Shown piece by piece: positions 1-10,920 of a stretch of DNA of 38,056 nucleotides; position 1 is the stretch's first letter; each line of letters opens with the position of its first letter. Location of the stretch: the NCBI GenBank assembly GCA_900128395.1, contig LT649321.1, forward strand, positions 1 to 38,056, in the 5' to 3' direction. Below the pieces are notes generated by a model. The model was not told where the DNA came from. It was given only the letters and a program-made list of their open reading frames with translations, and searched no databases. Position numbers and translations under genes: made by a program. This DNA comes from Stramenopiles sp. TOSAG23-2 (lineage: Eukaryota).

Positions 1-90
1 ACATTAGGGTATGGAAAATACCAAAAAAAGCTCCATATAGCGAGTACACAGCATGGTATAATGGCACATAAGATAGTTCGACAGCTTTAA
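1..90 (-). mobile_element. Terminal part of a putative TTAA-targeting DNA transposon (Kolobok-like end), running off the left edge
   Basis: 1-90 is the reverse complement of 37828-37917 (88/90 match, mismatches at 3 and 80). Similarity stops right after ...ACAGCT|TTAA (87-90). No transposase in the window. Confidence 0.6.
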
Positions 91-653
91 TAATGCACAT
101 GGTTAAAAATTATTCGTCTGGCTTTCTTCCACCAACTTTCCAGGCTTTCCAGCCTAAGGCCAGGCTAACCAGCTACTGTGTAAGGTGTAAGGCCCGCGGC
201 AGGCTTTCTTCTGGCTTTCCACAGCTGGGAAGACTGCTGGGCTGGCTATTAATATTAAAATAGGCACAATAGCACAATAGCCGTATTATTAATATTAATA
301 GTCGTCTAGGTCCTATGACTTTTAGCAGCAGCCCAGCTATCCAGGCTATATAGCTATAGCTGAAAGCTGAAAGTATTATAAAAGGAAAATCTGGTTAAAC
401 CGTTATTGGTTCGTTATTGGTTAGTTATCAGTATTAATAGTTACCAGGTATTATTATATAGTCGTCAGACTTTTTCTATTATATTATTATGTAATAATGC
501 ACCTAACGTAATAATAATACTTGTATAATAAATATATATATTTCAACAAATGAAAATGTACATATACAGTGCTATATTATTTATTGGAATAATTAGTTTA
601 TTTAAATATAACTTCATTATAACAAGAAAATATTTTAACTAATACAAAGTAGT

Positions 654-2261
654 ATGAGAGTAGCCCCGAACGGCAACGAGCTACCACCAGTGGTGGTAGT
701 ATCAACTGCCGCTACTACCGATAAAAAAATCAATGAACAACAAAGTCAGGATACTACCAACAATAAAAAAGTCAACATTGTAAAACATCCTTGTTTTAAA
801 GCAGAGAGAATCTCTCTGTTTAAAGTCGACATTGTAGAACATCCTTGTTTTAGTCAATATATTAAACAATGTATTTATGAAGATGAAGAGCAAACATTTT
901 GCATAACAATCCTCAATGCTGTTATGTATTTTTTGGTAAAATTATTTCCATTTCTTGGTTTTATGCCGTGTTGTAAACCACATAAATTGAAGCGTCATAA
1001 CAAACCCAGTATGAAAGCGATGATTGCAACACTTCATTTAGGACCACCAGTTGATTATGACGCTGCAACAAACTTGATCAACACAATCTTATTAGTTTGT
1101 GCCCTATTTCTAGCTTTTGTTGCTGCATCTGCAACAGCAATAGAAGCTGAGAATTATTTGGAAGCCGATTTAGTTAGTTGTCAGTTGGGTTGGGGTCATC
1201 ATGAAACTTGCATTCAAATTGATAGTGGCGGATATTTTGGAAACTACAATGCAACGGGTTTATTAAGAATTAATGCTACTTACAACATGCAACCAGGCGA
1301 TCCTGTGGATTTAAATGCTTTAGAATACCAAATATGGCCAGATGCAGTGACAGAGGGTCTAGAATTGCCAAGTGTGGCTGTAAATCGTTGGACTGCTGTG
1401 TCCATATCGGCCTTGATGATTACTTTGGTATTTTCCATTTTATGGTATTTAATACTTGTTGTTTCAGGAGCTCGTTCCATGGGTGAGGTAATGATGGGAA
1501 AATTTTGGGATCTCGGCGTCGTATTGGTTGTAATCTATCTAATTTTCATCTTGGTAGCAGTTTTAGCGTGGGCATTTTCGTTGCAACGAGTAATGCAAGT
1601 ATTGCTACCTCATTATCCAGTCACGGGTATTGAATTTGGATACTTCACAAATAAAGAGGATGTAACTACACAGGGGCAATATTTCCTGGGATGGGCTTTG
1701 GACGGCGTAGCAATAAATAGTTTATTTTTCGTTGTTCCATTATTTATTTCTTTTTTTATTTATGTCGTGGTTGCGGAATGGAAAATCGTCAAGAATCGAC
1801 CAACGACGCCAAAAGAATTTATTTTCTATACTTTGGCGCGATTAAATAAAACACATGGGCTTAATTTAAAAAAAAAAAAGGAGGATGGCAACGTGGATGA
1901 ACATTTCTATAATGAGTATAAATTTAAACAATTTAAATGTACTTGCCCCAAAGAAGAACAACAAGAAGAGAAATATAAAGTTCCTTTCGGCCGTAAACAA
2001 TGTATTGAAGTAGATAATGTGTTAAAATGCTTTCAAGCATATGGAATTAAAATGGATCCAACGGATAATAAGCAGGGTGTCGATAACGTAGTGGAGAACA
2101 TGGATCATTTTTTGGATATGTGGCCATATTTAGATTGGGAAAATGAACATTTGAAAAAAAATAATAATGATGATGAAAATGTAAATGTAAATGGTATTAG
2201 ACCGTTATATCACACTGCTTTCTCATCCATGTATGCTGAGTTATATCCAGGACATTTTTGA
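654..2261 (+). CDS. Multi-pass membrane protein of unknown function
   Basis: 535-aa ATG ORF with about 5 hydrophobic segments (e.g. LINTILLVCALFLAFVAAS, ISALMITLVFSILWYLILVV, LGVVLVVIYLIFILVAVLAWAF). No family recognised. Confidence 0.75.
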   Translation: MRVAPNGNELPPVVVVSTAATTDKKINEQQSQDTTNNKKVNIVKHPCFKAERISLFKVDIVEHPCFSQYIKQCIYEDEEQTFCITILNAVMYFLVKLFPFLGFMPCCKPHKLKRHNKPSMKAMIATLHLGPPVDYDAATNLINTILLVCALFLAFVAASATAIEAENYLEADLVSCQLGWGHHETCIQIDSGGYFGNYNATGLLRINATYNMQPGDPVDLNALEYQIWPDAVTEGLELPSVAVNRWTAVSISALMITLVFSILWYLILVVSGARSMGEVMMGKFWDLGVVLVVIYLIFILVAVLAWAFSLQRVMQVLLPHYPVTGIEFGYFTNKEDVTTQGQYFLGWALDGVAINSLFFVVPLFISFFIYVVVAEWKIVKNRPTTPKEFIFYTLARLNKTHGLNLKKKKEDGNVDEHFYNEYKFKQFKCTCPKEEQQEEKYKVPFGRKQCIEVDNVLKCFQAYGIKMDPTDNKQGVDNVVENMDHFLDMWPYLDWENEHLKKNNNDDENVNVNGIRPLYHTAFSSMYAELYPGHF

Positions 2262-2586
2262 AGAAGCGGATTTATAGAGTGTATATCTCTGTGTGTATCT
2301 CAGCATAAATTTATTGTACCAGAGTGTAAATTATTACGAATTCGTACGACTATTATATTTTTTCATATTACATTTTAATTTAAATTTTTTATGCACATAA
2401 AATAAAACAGTACACTATATAGTATTTTTTAATGTAAAAATGACACAAATAAAATCACATAAATTACAACATATAGGAACTTATACTTATTAAAATAATA
2501 TAATAAATTGAAATAAAACAAGTATGTGCGCGAGGTATTTTTGGTGCGAGTCCTGGAGTCCGATATATTAATACCTGGTATAATAA

Positions 2587-2767
2587 CTCTCGAAACATCT
2601 CGGACTGTTCCCACTTTCTTATACTTGTTAGTATAAGAACAACACTACTAACAAATATAAAATTTGGTGAAGGCTGGTCTTTTCTTTGCTATGTCTATAG
2701 TAAAGATAAGACTACAGAAAGTTAGACTTAACGTTCATAGGCGAAATGGCCCGAGATGTTTCGAGAG
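2587..2767. mobile_element. MITE-like or highly structured 181-bp element
   Basis: Perfect 17-bp inverted repeat CTCTCGAAACATCTCGG (2587-2603) / CCGAGATGTTTCGAGAG (2751-2767). TA lies one base outside each arm. Internal hairpins present. Confidence 0.55.
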
Positions 2768-2959
2768 GTATAAGTAAGGTTTTTTTCGGCAAAATAAATA
2801 AAAGATATGTATATTCGCTATATATATATAGATGGTATTATATAGACAGAAATATAGAAATATGTGGTACGTATGATGACACAACAAAACTTTTACTACC
2901 AGCAACGATTCTTATTTTATAATTTGATAATATATAGATCGATCTATTGAGTTTGGAAT

Positions 2960-3835
2960 ATGGGTGATACTAATAATAATAATAATGACACAACAACAAC
3001 AACAAATATTAGTTCATTTACAAATGATAGTGCTATGATGATTGCATACGAAAGGCATCTTGAAACATTGCGTGGTGAAAATGCACTTTTTCAAGATCCT
3101 TTTGCATCAGCTCTATCTGGGGATAAAGGTGAAAGTCTTTCTAATGAATTTGGAAAAAATGCCCATTACTTTAAATTTGAAGGTTGGCCTGAATTTCACA
3201 AGACTTGGGTTGCTGTTCGTACAAAATATATTGATGACCAATTAAAAAATCATACTAAAACTGGGAATTTTTCTCAAGTTGTGAATCTTGGTGCTGGTAT
3301 GGATACACGTGCATATCGTTTACCCTTTTATTCATCATTTGTGAATGGTTCATTTGAAGTGGATATGGAAGTTGTTAATCAAAACAAGGAAAAGATTTTC
3401 AAAGATTTTTTAGATAATCCAAAGCCACATTGTCCTGTCGTGCATAATGTTACTCTTGATTTTCTAAACAAGGAAATTTTATTATCAAATGCACTTGCTA
3501 AATTTAAATCTTTTGATGCAACACAACCAACTATTTTTATTTGTGAAGGTCTTGTCATGTATCTTGGCGAAGCAGGTAAATTAAAATTACTTCGTGATGT
3601 TTCTGCTGTTGCTGCTCCGGGTTCTATGTTTATTTTACAATTTATGGAAGATATAGAGAACAATTCAAGTGCAGCACTCAGCCAAGGCGATGCTACAGCA
3701 ACACTGGAAGAAAATGGTTGGGATAATCTTATATTTTCTAGATATGGTGATGAAACATTGAATTATGGACGATTTCCAACAGATAAATTCAAACCTTCTG
3801 CAAGTTTTTCTTTTTTGGTATGTACGAAGAAGTAA
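2960..3835 (+). CDS. SAM-dependent methyltransferase, leucine carboxyl methyltransferase (LCM)/ML2640-like family
   Basis: Motifs SAMMIAYER..E, FQDPFA, VAVRTKYIDD, QVVNLGAGMDTRAYRL, EVD and PTIFICEGLVMYL. Confidence 0.9.
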   Translation: MGDTNNNNNDTTTTTNISSFTNDSAMMIAYERHLETLRGENALFQDPFASALSGDKGESLSNEFGKNAHYFKFEGWPEFHKTWVAVRTKYIDDQLKNHTKTGNFSQVVNLGAGMDTRAYRLPFYSSFVNGSFEVDMEVVNQNKEKIFKDFLDNPKPHCPVVHNVTLDFLNKEILLSNALAKFKSFDATQPTIFICEGLVMYLGEAGKLKLLRDVSAVAAPGSMFILQFMEDIENNSSAALSQGDATATLEENGWDNLIFSRYGDETLNYGRFPTDKFKPSASFSFLVCTKK

Positions 3836-3935
3836 AAAAAATAAAATGATATACTCGTAACAATAACTTTTTATTAAACTTTGTTTTGATTCTCTGATAT
3901 TAACTATAAATTCTTAACACACATGAGGAGACTGG

Positions 3936-6900
3936 TCATACATTTGGTACATCATCGGCAACATAATCATCGCCATTATACCCTTCACCATCATATTCAT
4001 CATATCCATCGACATAATTTTCTAAATATTTCGTAGACTCTTCATATTTTTGATCGACCATTTGGTAAAATTCTTTCTTAGCTTGTTCTTCTTCTTCCTC
4101 CATTCCTTTTGGATAATGTGTATGATGTATTCGCTTTTTTAACCATGGGAGAAATGCTGATTTCCCAATATGTTTGCCACGCTCATCTCGTAATGCACGC
4201 GGTACATATGCTTCATCTTCTGGTATAAAATCTTTTTGAACTCCTGTTTCAGAATGGATATAATAATACTTTTCATTATATTCATCCCAATGTTCAGTCC
4301 ATTTATCTTGTTCCATTCTTATTAACAAGGTATCGACGTAATCAGTCATTTGTTTATGTTGGTTTGCCTCTTGTGCTCTTTCACCTAAATATTCGCGAAC
4401 TTCAATCATAACCAATGCAACGTCTCTCCATGCTTCAAATATCATTTTCATATCACTTCGTTGCCAGCGGCCGTAAATATGTGCCATCAGCGCAGTTTCT
4501 CTCATAGCTTTCTCTTTTGCCATTTGTTTTTGCTCTTCAACATATTTAAGTGTAGCACTTTGTAGCAATGAATGTGCTAGTTTCAATAGTTGTGCATCTG
4601 GCCTCTTCTTTTGTGCTTCTGTTAATGGCTTGAACCCGGCGGCTTGCGTCGCTGCTAACTTGGCATTTTCCAACTCTGCATCAGCATCCTCGTTGTCCTC
4701 TTGAATCCGTGCAATCTCTTCATCCTCTGGTGATCTTTCCAATCGTTCTAAAATAGATTCAATTTCCTCCTCGCACTTTTCCAATTCCCAACCGCGTAAT
4801 GACTCTTTCTTGTGCAATAATTTTTCTCTTCGTTTAGTTAAATCATTTAAATTGCGTTTTTTACGTTCTTTTAGTGCGTTCAAGCGCCTATCTCTTCGTG
4901 CTCTTTGGTGTTTATCATTCGATATAGCTTTTTTCATTCGTTTTGCAACAAATCGTTTAACACGATCGCCTTCTCGTTGATCTTGGGCCATTGCCAATGC
5001 GAGTGTTAACATAGCTTTTACCCCAGCTGCTGAACGTATATAACGCCATGCAGTTGATGATGCAAGTTCGATTTGACGTTTGATTTTAACTTTGTCGTTT
5101 GCTTTTTGCACTTGTTTGTGGTAATCGTGTGCACTCATAGTTTTCTTTTTAATTAGACATCCTCTGCGGCGACAATTCCAACCTCTACCTGGTGGTATGC
5201 AGACTTTTCGGGTTCCATCCCGTTTTTTACATGAACAACGTCGAAAGTTCAATTTCATTTGCGCGTGTCCTATTTGCCCAAGTGGATCCTCTATGTTTTC
5301 TAGCGCATCAATTACATCATCAATGGTAAAAGGGAAATCTCGTATCCTGTGCGATCTTAAATCAGATGTTTCATGGATAAGTTTTTGTATTTTTGGAAAT
5401 AGAGCATCTTCATATTTGTTTGAAGGTAAAAATCGATCTAGTACAAATGCAAAGTAACCATCTTCATCATGTGGTGGTGCTGGTGTAAGAGCTAGCATGT
5501 CATCAAATTTATCGCCTAGATTCAATTGTTCCACTAAACTAAACATATTTTGTAAATCACGCACGATGCGAACTCGTTTTCTATTCAAGGAATATTTCAA
5601 TCTTACTTGGCAAAACTTTCTAATTGCCATGGTTCCTTGGGAAATTACGTCAAATGTTGGTTGCCTCATTGGATTCCCTTCCAATTTTATATATTGCAAA
5701 TGCTTACAATTTGCAATTGAATCTGGTACAATAGCGATATTGTTCCAATCTAACCATAAATTACGCAAGTATTGACAGTCCCCGATATTATCAGCAATAC
5801 TTGTTAAATTGTTTCTACACAAGGATATATGACGAATTTTCGGCAACAAAGTAACTTCATTTGGAAATTGTTCCAATCGATTCCCATTGATAACTAATGA
5901 TGTCAAAGTTGTTAAGCGCCCCAGTGATGATGGTAATTTCGTTAAGCTATTCCGACTCATTCGTAACGATTCTACACTTAAATCACCTATTGAATCAGGT
6001 ACCTCGGTCATTTCATTCAACTCTATTGTTAATACACCATGCAATGATGATAACGCGCCAAAATGTTCTGGTAATCCCATTAAGCTATTATTACATAAAT
6101 CGAGCCTTTCTAATTTTTTCAATATACATAAACTTTCTGGTAAATATCGTATTTTATTTTTCAATACATTTAATTCTGTTAAATTTTCTAAATTTCCTAT
6201 GTTGTGTGGTAATGTTTCTAATAGATTATTACTAAATGATACAGATGTCAAGTTACGTAAAACATCGCAAAATTCTTCTGGTATGTACGTTAATGAATGC
6301 CCTATTAAACGCACCGCCGTTAGATGTTTCAAGGTAAAAACTTTACTATGTATACGGTCTAAACCTTTCCAACAATTTAATAATTCACCTGTACGTTGAG
6401 CTTCTGATAACGATAATTTCCATTGGGATTCCCAAATTGCATCGGCTTCCGCTTGCGCTTGTTTTTTTTCTTGTATTCGTTGTAATCGAAATTTTTCCTC
6501 TCTTTCTTTCATACCCAAATTTCTGTAATATCTATCTTCCTCTAATTGTTTACTCCTTGGTGATAATTCTATATCGTCTCCAGCTTTTCCACTTCTTCGA
6601 AGTATCATTGGTTTTTCAAATGATTCTTCTTTAGTCGTCTTATTAAAATAATAATATTTCTTAGCTTTTGAATTCCATAGTTTTTCATAGTTATTCTCTA
6701 TCATTTTTCTCATTTTTTCCCACCCAACATGTGTTCGCCAACATGCTTGAATCATTTTGGCTGCTACGTCTTCTAAATTTGGCCTTGGTGGCTTTTTCTT
6801 TCCACACTGCAAACACGTTGGATTGTGTGCCCTATTTGGCCGTTTACATAATATACATTGCCATGGTCTTAGTTCATTTTCTTTAAATAACGTAACCCAT

Positions 6901-7361
6901 GATTTTACTTTCACTTTTTTCTTTTTCTTGCCTTTTCCTTTTTTTGACGTATTCACTTGCCCTACTTCAACAATTTCAGAATTATCCTCTTGAACAATAA
7001 AATGTCCATATTCATCTACTTCTCCCATTTCGTGATAACCGTAAGTATCAGCGGCTTCTTGATGTTCATTATCATAATCATAATACGGTTGCTCTACACT
7101 ATTCTTAGTTTCCATTTGTTCATCTTCGTAATAGTTGTCTTCATACGATACACTAACATCTCCTACTATGTCTTCCGAACCTAAAATTTTTGGTTTATCC
7201 CATGAGCTTACACCAGTTTGCTTATTTAAATAAAAACTATATCCACTTTCAGGGTCTGTTTCTTTTACATATATATCCTTCGCAGCATTTCGCACTTTTT
7301 TCAAAGCAAGGTGTCCCCGATATGCACATTGCAGTTTTATTGCTGCAGTTTCCTCGTCCAT
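3936..7361 (-). CDS. Multidomain IQ + WW + RanBP2-type zinc finger + leucine-rich repeat protein with C-terminal coiled coil and WW
   Basis: IQ motifs (AAIKLQCAYRGHLA, AAKMIQACWRTH). WW-like segments (FYLNKQTGVSSWDKP, YYYFNKTTKEESFEKP, WTEHWDEYNEKYYYIHSETG). Zinc finger WQCILCKRPNRAHNPTCLQC. About 10 LxxLxLxxN repeats. Confidence 0.88.
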   Translation of the reverse strand: MDEETAAIKLQCAYRGHLALKKVRNAAKDIYVKETDPESGYSFYLNKQTGVSSWDKPKILGSEDIVGDVSVSYEDNYYEDEQMETKNSVEQPYYDYDNEHQEAADTYGYHEMGEVDEYGHFIVQEDNSEIVEVGQVNTSKKGKGKKKKKVKVKSWVTLFKENELRPWQCILCKRPNRAHNPTCLQCGKKKPPRPNLEDVAAKMIQACWRTHVGWEKMRKMIENNYEKLWNSKAKKYYYFNKTTKEESFEKPMILRRSGKAGDDIELSPRSKQLEEDRYYRNLGMKEREEKFRLQRIQEKKQAQAEADAIWESQWKLSLSEAQRTGELLNCWKGLDRIHSKVFTLKHLTAVRLIGHSLTYIPEEFCDVLRNLTSVSFSNNLLETLPHNIGNLENLTELNVLKNKIRYLPESLCILKKLERLDLCNNSLMGLPEHFGALSSLHGVLTIELNEMTEVPDSIGDLSVESLRMSRNSLTKLPSSLGRLTTLTSLVINGNRLEQFPNEVTLLPKIRHISLCRNNLTSIADNIGDCQYLRNLWLDWNNIAIVPDSIANCKHLQYIKLEGNPMRQPTFDVISQGTMAIRKFCQVRLKYSLNRKRVRIVRDLQNMFSLVEQLNLGDKFDDMLALTPAPPHDEDGYFAFVLDRFLPSNKYEDALFPKIQKLIHETSDLRSHRIRDFPFTIDDVIDALENIEDPLGQIGHAQMKLNFRRCSCKKRDGTRKVCIPPGRGWNCRRRGCLIKKKTMSAHDYHKQVQKANDKVKIKRQIELASSTAWRYIRSAAGVKAMLTLALAMAQDQREGDRVKRFVAKRMKKAISNDKHQRARRDRRLNALKERKKRNLNDLTKRREKLLHKKESLRGWELEKCEEEIESILERLERSPEDEEIARIQEDNEDADAELENAKLAATQAAGFKPLTEAQKKRPDAQLLKLAHSLLQSATLKYVEEQKQMAKEKAMRETALMAHIYGRWQRSDMKMIFEAWRDVALVMIEVREYLGERAQEANQHKQMTDYVDTLLIRMEQDKWTEHWDEYNEKYYYIHSETGVQKDFIPEDEAYVPRALRDERGKHIGKSAFLPWLKKRIHHTHYPKGMEEEEEQAKKEFYQMVDQKYEESTKYLENYVDGYDEYDGEGYNGDDYVADDVPNV

Positions 7362-7962
7362 CGTATTCTAAATAGATCCAATCTTATAAAGAATGATGTC
7401 GACACGAGTTGAGGAGTATGAATCGATAAATATGAAAAAGTCTTTATCCATAAATGCATATAACGATAATAATAATAATAGTAATATATAATAATGCACA
7501 TGCACATTATTAAAAATATACAGCAGGATGCATTAGTATTATTATATTGTTGTTTTATATTATTAGTTGTTTGTATGTATTACCTGGTAATATAATCGGT
7601 AATAGAAGAAGAAGAAGATAGTTGATGAGAGGCTAGAGAGTGCATGCTGTGTGCATAGTGTGAAGTGTGAAAATTAACACCAGCTTTTCAGGCCGTTATT
7701 ATTAATATTATTTTAATAGAGAGATGTTAGTTATTAATATTATTATAGCCCACTCTACTCACTAGTCTAAAGAAGACTATTAAACTAAACTCATCATCCA
7801 ATCATCACATGCCATTCTAATTCTTCTTTTTTCTTTCTTCTTCTTCTGGTGGCAGCATTTTGTTTTCTATAATAATATATATGCTAATATACAAAACATT
7901 TGTATAGTGTCGATTAAAGAAACATAGTGATACAACCATTAAAACATATTCTACTATTCATT

Positions 7963-10149
7963 ATGGTTTCTTTTTCAAGCGGTGGAATAGATTGTTCTAT
8001 CATATTTTTAATCTTTTCAGTGTTTATTTGTATAGATTTATTACAGTTTAAAGTCAATAGTCAAGGTGTCAGTTCGTTGGAAAGTAAATTAAATTGTGAT
8101 CCAGGGTGGTATGGTTTTGGGTGTAACAGACGTTATTGTCCTTCAGGTTTAGCATGGAATCCGGGTGAGGCGAATAGTGTCCAGCCTGATACGTATTATG
8201 CCGTTTGCTCTAATGCTGGGTATTGCGACTCACGTAGCGGGGAATGTAAATGTTTTAAAGGGTTTACAGGTGCTGCATGTGAAAGAAGTTTTTGTCCAGG
8301 ACATTGTTCTGGACATGGTTCCTGCGTACCGTTATCAGAGCTACACTATGAGAATATAGAATATTTAGATTTAATGTCATTGAATAAGTTACCAAGTGAG
8401 ATTAAACATGTTTTTAGAAATGCCAATAATCATGCGTGCCAATGTGATCCTGAATGGACAGGGCCAGAATGCAACGAACGATTATGCCCATATGGCGATG
8501 ATCCTAGAACCGATACAACCACATTAGTCAAAGGAGCTCAAAATAATGAAAAAGACGAAATACAACAAATGTCTTTAAAAGGTACTGGTGTAATTTTTGG
8601 TACAATATTAGTAGAGTTCGAGACTTATTATCGTCAAGTATACCACACCATACCTTTATTTGTACCCACTAGAGTTTATAGCGATTTGTTGTCATTTTCA
8701 GGCTCTACAATAACAGATCCTTGGAGACAATTAAATGTTTTTGATGTTGGTGATTATGTAACTTTTTCAAACACGGATTCAAATAATGATAAAAGATGTC
8801 TTATTAGTGCAATTGTTAATGCTGGAAGCATAACGTGCGAGGATTTGACGTTTGTCACTGAAAATACTGGATTTGCTAGTTCATTAAAGCGTTTTCGCAA
8901 GTTGACATTTAATCCTGAGGTAATTTCTCCCCCGGAAATAGATCACATAGTCGATTATAGCAATAGCAATTTATTAGGCTCTACTTTTTCAATTGGTGAT
9001 ATTGTAACCATAAAAGGATCATCGAAAAATGATGGATTTTATACAGTTTTATCAGGAAGTTCAAACAACAAAATGTACTTATCACCTTCTTTAAAAAAAG
9101 AGGAGACTTTCTATAATGTATCCACTACCACTGAACTGTCGTTCGATTCAACTGATAATAGTATAACGTTTGATGTAACTTCAATTGATGCCGTGAAAAA
9201 ATTTGGCAATAATATGTTGGGTAAACTAAAAATATTTAAAGTTGGAGATCGTATAAGAATATCAAATACAGCACATAATGACGGTACATATGTTGTTTCT
9301 AGTACCCCAGCATTGCCTCTTTCAGATAAAATTTATGTAACCACGACATTAATCAATGAATCTGCACCGATTGGGACTATTTTAAGTCGGGAAGTTATCA
9401 TAGTCAAGGAAAAACGAATTCATTTAGAAAGGCGCTTAGGACATAATGCTGCATATGCATCAAAAGTGAAATGGGAATTAGAAAATTTACCACAGCAAGT
9501 GTTGCCATCAATAAATGTTTCATTGCAATATACAAAACCATTTGAAATGGTATACAATTTTACATTCATAGATCGTAGAACTACGGGTGATCAAAAACCA
9601 TTACGATGTAAATCTCAAGGATGCGATATACCAGGATGTGCACCTCGTTATAATGGATTGCATCACCTCTCAACGATTGAAAATACATACGATGGGCCTG
9701 GTATGCCTGTCTTTTCAATTGTTTCAAAAGATGGAAGTGGAAATGATGTCAATAAAATAATATTGAATTCAACTGCATTTACATATGATTTTATAACTTT
9801 AGGATATCGCGTTGGTACAATTTTTCAAATTGCTGGTTCATCTTCGAATGATGGTGAATATATTGTTAAAAACATAATAAACAACAAAGAGATTCAGGTT
9901 GATGAAGGGAATAATGTAACCCATGAAACTTTACCGCCGTTAGGTGCAAAATTGATGCATAAGATGTTATTGGAACAAGAAGACGATGATACTGAAAGCG
10001 GTTGTGTCGTGTCGGAAGCAGTTAAAGGTACTCATGAGAAAGTTAAATGTGCTGGCCGTGGTTTATGCGACGATAGACATGGTATATGTGAATGCATGCC
10101 CTATTTCACAGGTACAGATTGTTCTATTTATTTTTCCATTATTCAATAA
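7963..10149 (+). CDS. Secreted EGF/tenascin-like protein, tubular mastigoneme (Sig/OCM/Mas) family
   Basis: First ATG is 7963 (the track start is a GTG). Hydrophobic N-terminus. Motifs CSNAGYCD..SGECKCFKGFTGAACER..CPGHCSGHGSC, CQCDPEWTGPECNERLCPYGDDP and C-terminal KGTHEKVKCAGRGLCD...GICEC. Confidence 0.75.
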   Translation: MVSFSSGGIDCSIIFLIFSVFICIDLLQFKVNSQGVSSLESKLNCDPGWYGFGCNRRYCPSGLAWNPGEANSVQPDTYYAVCSNAGYCDSRSGECKCFKGFTGAACERSFCPGHCSGHGSCVPLSELHYENIEYLDLMSLNKLPSEIKHVFRNANNHACQCDPEWTGPECNERLCPYGDDPRTDTTTLVKGAQNNEKDEIQQMSLKGTGVIFGTILVEFETYYRQVYHTIPLFVPTRVYSDLLSFSGSTITDPWRQLNVFDVGDYVTFSNTDSNNDKRCLISAIVNAGSITCEDLTFVTENTGFASSLKRFRKLTFNPEVISPPEIDHIVDYSNSNLLGSTFSIGDIVTIKGSSKNDGFYTVLSGSSNNKMYLSPSLKKEETFYNVSTTTELSFDSTDNSITFDVTSIDAVKKFGNNMLGKLKIFKVGDRIRISNTAHNDGTYVVSSTPALPLSDKIYVTTTLINESAPIGTILSREVIIVKEKRIHLERRLGHNAAYASKVKWELENLPQQVLPSINVSLQYTKPFEMVYNFTFIDRRTTGDQKPLRCKSQGCDIPGCAPRYNGLHHLSTIENTYDGPGMPVFSIVSKDGSGNDVNKIILNSTAFTYDFITLGYRVGTIFQIAGSSSNDGEYIVKNIINNKEIQVDEGNNVTHETLPPLGAKLMHKMLLEQEDDDTESGCVVSEAVKGTHEKVKCAGRGLCDDRHGICECMPYFTGTDCSIYFSIIQ

Positions 10150-10920
10150 ATTGAAACGTTATAATAAATATCATGCTTGATACCGAACATGTCGTACGTA
10201 CAGATTTGTTTGTGTGTGTCGTGGTAAATATTTTTATTTTGTACGTCGTATTTTTATTTTATGAAATTTACTGTTTCTTTTTTTTCAAAAAATTAAAAAA
10301 TAATATTTTACATTTTTATAGATTATATTTTATAATATTTGCGTCTATATAATATCCTACATTCTAAATTTAAATTATTCTACGTAAGGATGGAAAATAC
10401 TACGATTATAACTGTATAAAACGGTTATTTGTATAAACATTAAATAATCTTTCTTTTTTTTCATTTTTCAACTTATTATGTTGGTTTCTATTCTTCTATG
10501 AAATTAATCATCTTTCAACACATTTGTTGTTGTTATTGATGATGAAGAATATATGTAATGATATATTATTATCAATAAGACTAATAATATACCAATGACA
10601 TTTACAAACGATAACAAAAATTCTTCCATGGTTTATATACCATTAGTAGGGATGTAAGTGGGTGTGATTTATGACGAGATGAATGATAAGTAAAAAAATA
10701 AATAAAAAAAAAGCAGATGGATGTGGAAAGGTTCAACAATGAAAAGATAATAAAAACAAAAATTTTTATAATATATCACATAAATAATTGAAATAATACA
10801 ACAAGTATTAATAACAATGTGTAATGTGTAACTACTACTGTAACTTGGAACGCCACAGGAACACCAGAACACCAGAACGCCATCATTCATCTCGAAGATC
10901 GAGGTTAAAAAAAAGTAGAA

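Noticed and set aside
4..9. Telomere (TTAGGG, and CCCTAA at the other end)
   Set aside because: Only a single hexamer at each end, inside the inverted repeat. There is no tandem array.
768..851. Duplicated KV(N/D)IV(K/E)HPCF motif in the membrane protein
   Set aside because: A real ~30-bp duplication 54 bp apart, but no function can be inferred.
5197..7375. Short antisense or overlapping ORFs here and elsewhere in the track
   Set aside because: Shadow frames of long genes with no recognisable motifs.
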